Source: a virus
DNA length: 64,000 nt
IMG/VR virus record: IMGVR_UViG_3300044857_000472
Strand: one strand, 5' to 3'
The position numbers and the translations under genes are program-made. Of the stretch, positions 63,640-64,000 are shown piece after piece. The notes under the pieces are model-generated. The model saw only the letters and a list, made by a program, of their open reading frames with translations. It ran no database searches and was not told the DNA's origin. Positions within the stretch are counted from its first letter, which is position 1, and each line of letters starts with the position of its first letter.

Positions 63640-63653
63640 GGAATACCCCTATT

Positions 63654-63926
63654 TTATAAATACTCATCCTCATCAGTCTCTACATTTAATACAACTTGTA
63701 GATCTCCATCAGACCAAACGCGTGCATATAGAACATTACTTACATTAAAGAATTCTAATGTTTTAGTAATGTCAGCCATCCTTAAATCTCTTAAAATAGT
63801 TAGTATTTCATAATGAATATCGTTAATGACCTCTTCTCTTCCTTTATCAGCAGAAATCCTGATTTTTAAGCTTTTAAGGTATCTTTCTACTCTATTTTCA
63901 ATATGTGCGTATACTATTTTCATCAT
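63654..63926 (-). CDS. Array small protein
   Basis: 90 aa, starts MMKIVY. Confidence 0.65.
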   Translation of the reverse strand: MMKIVYAHIENRVERYLKSLKIRISADKGREEVINDIHYEILTILRDLRMADITKTLEFFNVSNVLYARVWSDGDLQVVLNVETDEDEYL

Positions 63927-64000
63927 TTACTCGCTATTATTTTAACTAAAAGATCATCTCTTATAGAATTATGATTAAAATCTAATTTAAATATAGGTCT
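63923..64000 (-). CDS. 3' end of a further array ORF (partial)
   Basis: Open frame RPIFKLDFNHNSIRDDLLVKIIASK-stop; its TGA overlaps the ATG at 63926. Confidence 0.55.
   Translation of the reverse strand, partial: RPIFKLDFNHNSIRDDLLVKIIASK

Larger units (their letters stand above)
49116..64000 (-). other. Tandem array of at least 56 co-oriented small ORFs (63-171 aa), continuing beyond the window
   Basis: All on the minus strand; most junctions overlap or abut; 22 begin MKI at the first or a nearby Met. Confidence 0.85.

Noticed and set aside
49116-64000. DGR-type template/variable repeat pair linking the RT to the small-ORF array
   Set aside because: No long near-identical repeat differing at adenines was seen, and the RT lacks DGR context (no avd-like gene). 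A self dot-plot would be decisive.
49116-64000. Integron-like cassette array
   Set aside because: The ORFs overlap or abut, leaving no room for attC-like hairpins, and there is no integrase in the window.
1-64000. CRISPR array, tRNA or rRNA genes
   Set aside because: No regularly spaced direct repeats with spacers and no cloverleaf or T-loop patterns were recognised in the few intergenic gaps. A tRNAscan/Aragorn run would confirm.

Overview
AT-rich, densely coding segment of a jumbo (PBS1/AR9/phiR1-37/phiKZ-type) bacteriophage genome. This is inferred from a phage-type multisubunit RNA polymerase beta subunit, a T4 gp21-like prohead protease, a 2550-aa tail/tape-measure-like protein with a lytic transglycosylase domain, baseplate-like genes, and two recurrent phage promoter motifs: AACA-N6-TAG (AR9 late type) and ATATATTAT (resembling the phiKZ early TATATTAC). 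Recognisable accessory genes are a ClpP-like protease, RusA, two M15 peptidases, a Prs-like plus Nampt-like pair (NARP1-type NAD+ reconstitution), Rad50/SbcC, a Nudix hydrolase, a guanylate kinase-like enzyme, PhoH and a minimal nucleotidyltransferase. The most unusual elements are four. (1) A stand-alone 690-aa reverse transcriptase with its own early-type promoter and terminator and no flanking ncRNA. (2) A 15-kb array of at least 56 co-oriented, mostly overlapping small ORFs sharing an MKI-x-K N-terminus, which runs off the window end; one member carries an RNAP beta'-like DFDGD motif. (3) An ORF-less unit of about 111 nt with a late promoter, a terminator and three anti-SD CUCC motifs (candidate phage sRNA). 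(4) A dispersed family of sequence-conserved terminator hairpins. All calls come from reading the sequence and motifs by eye; no database searches were run.
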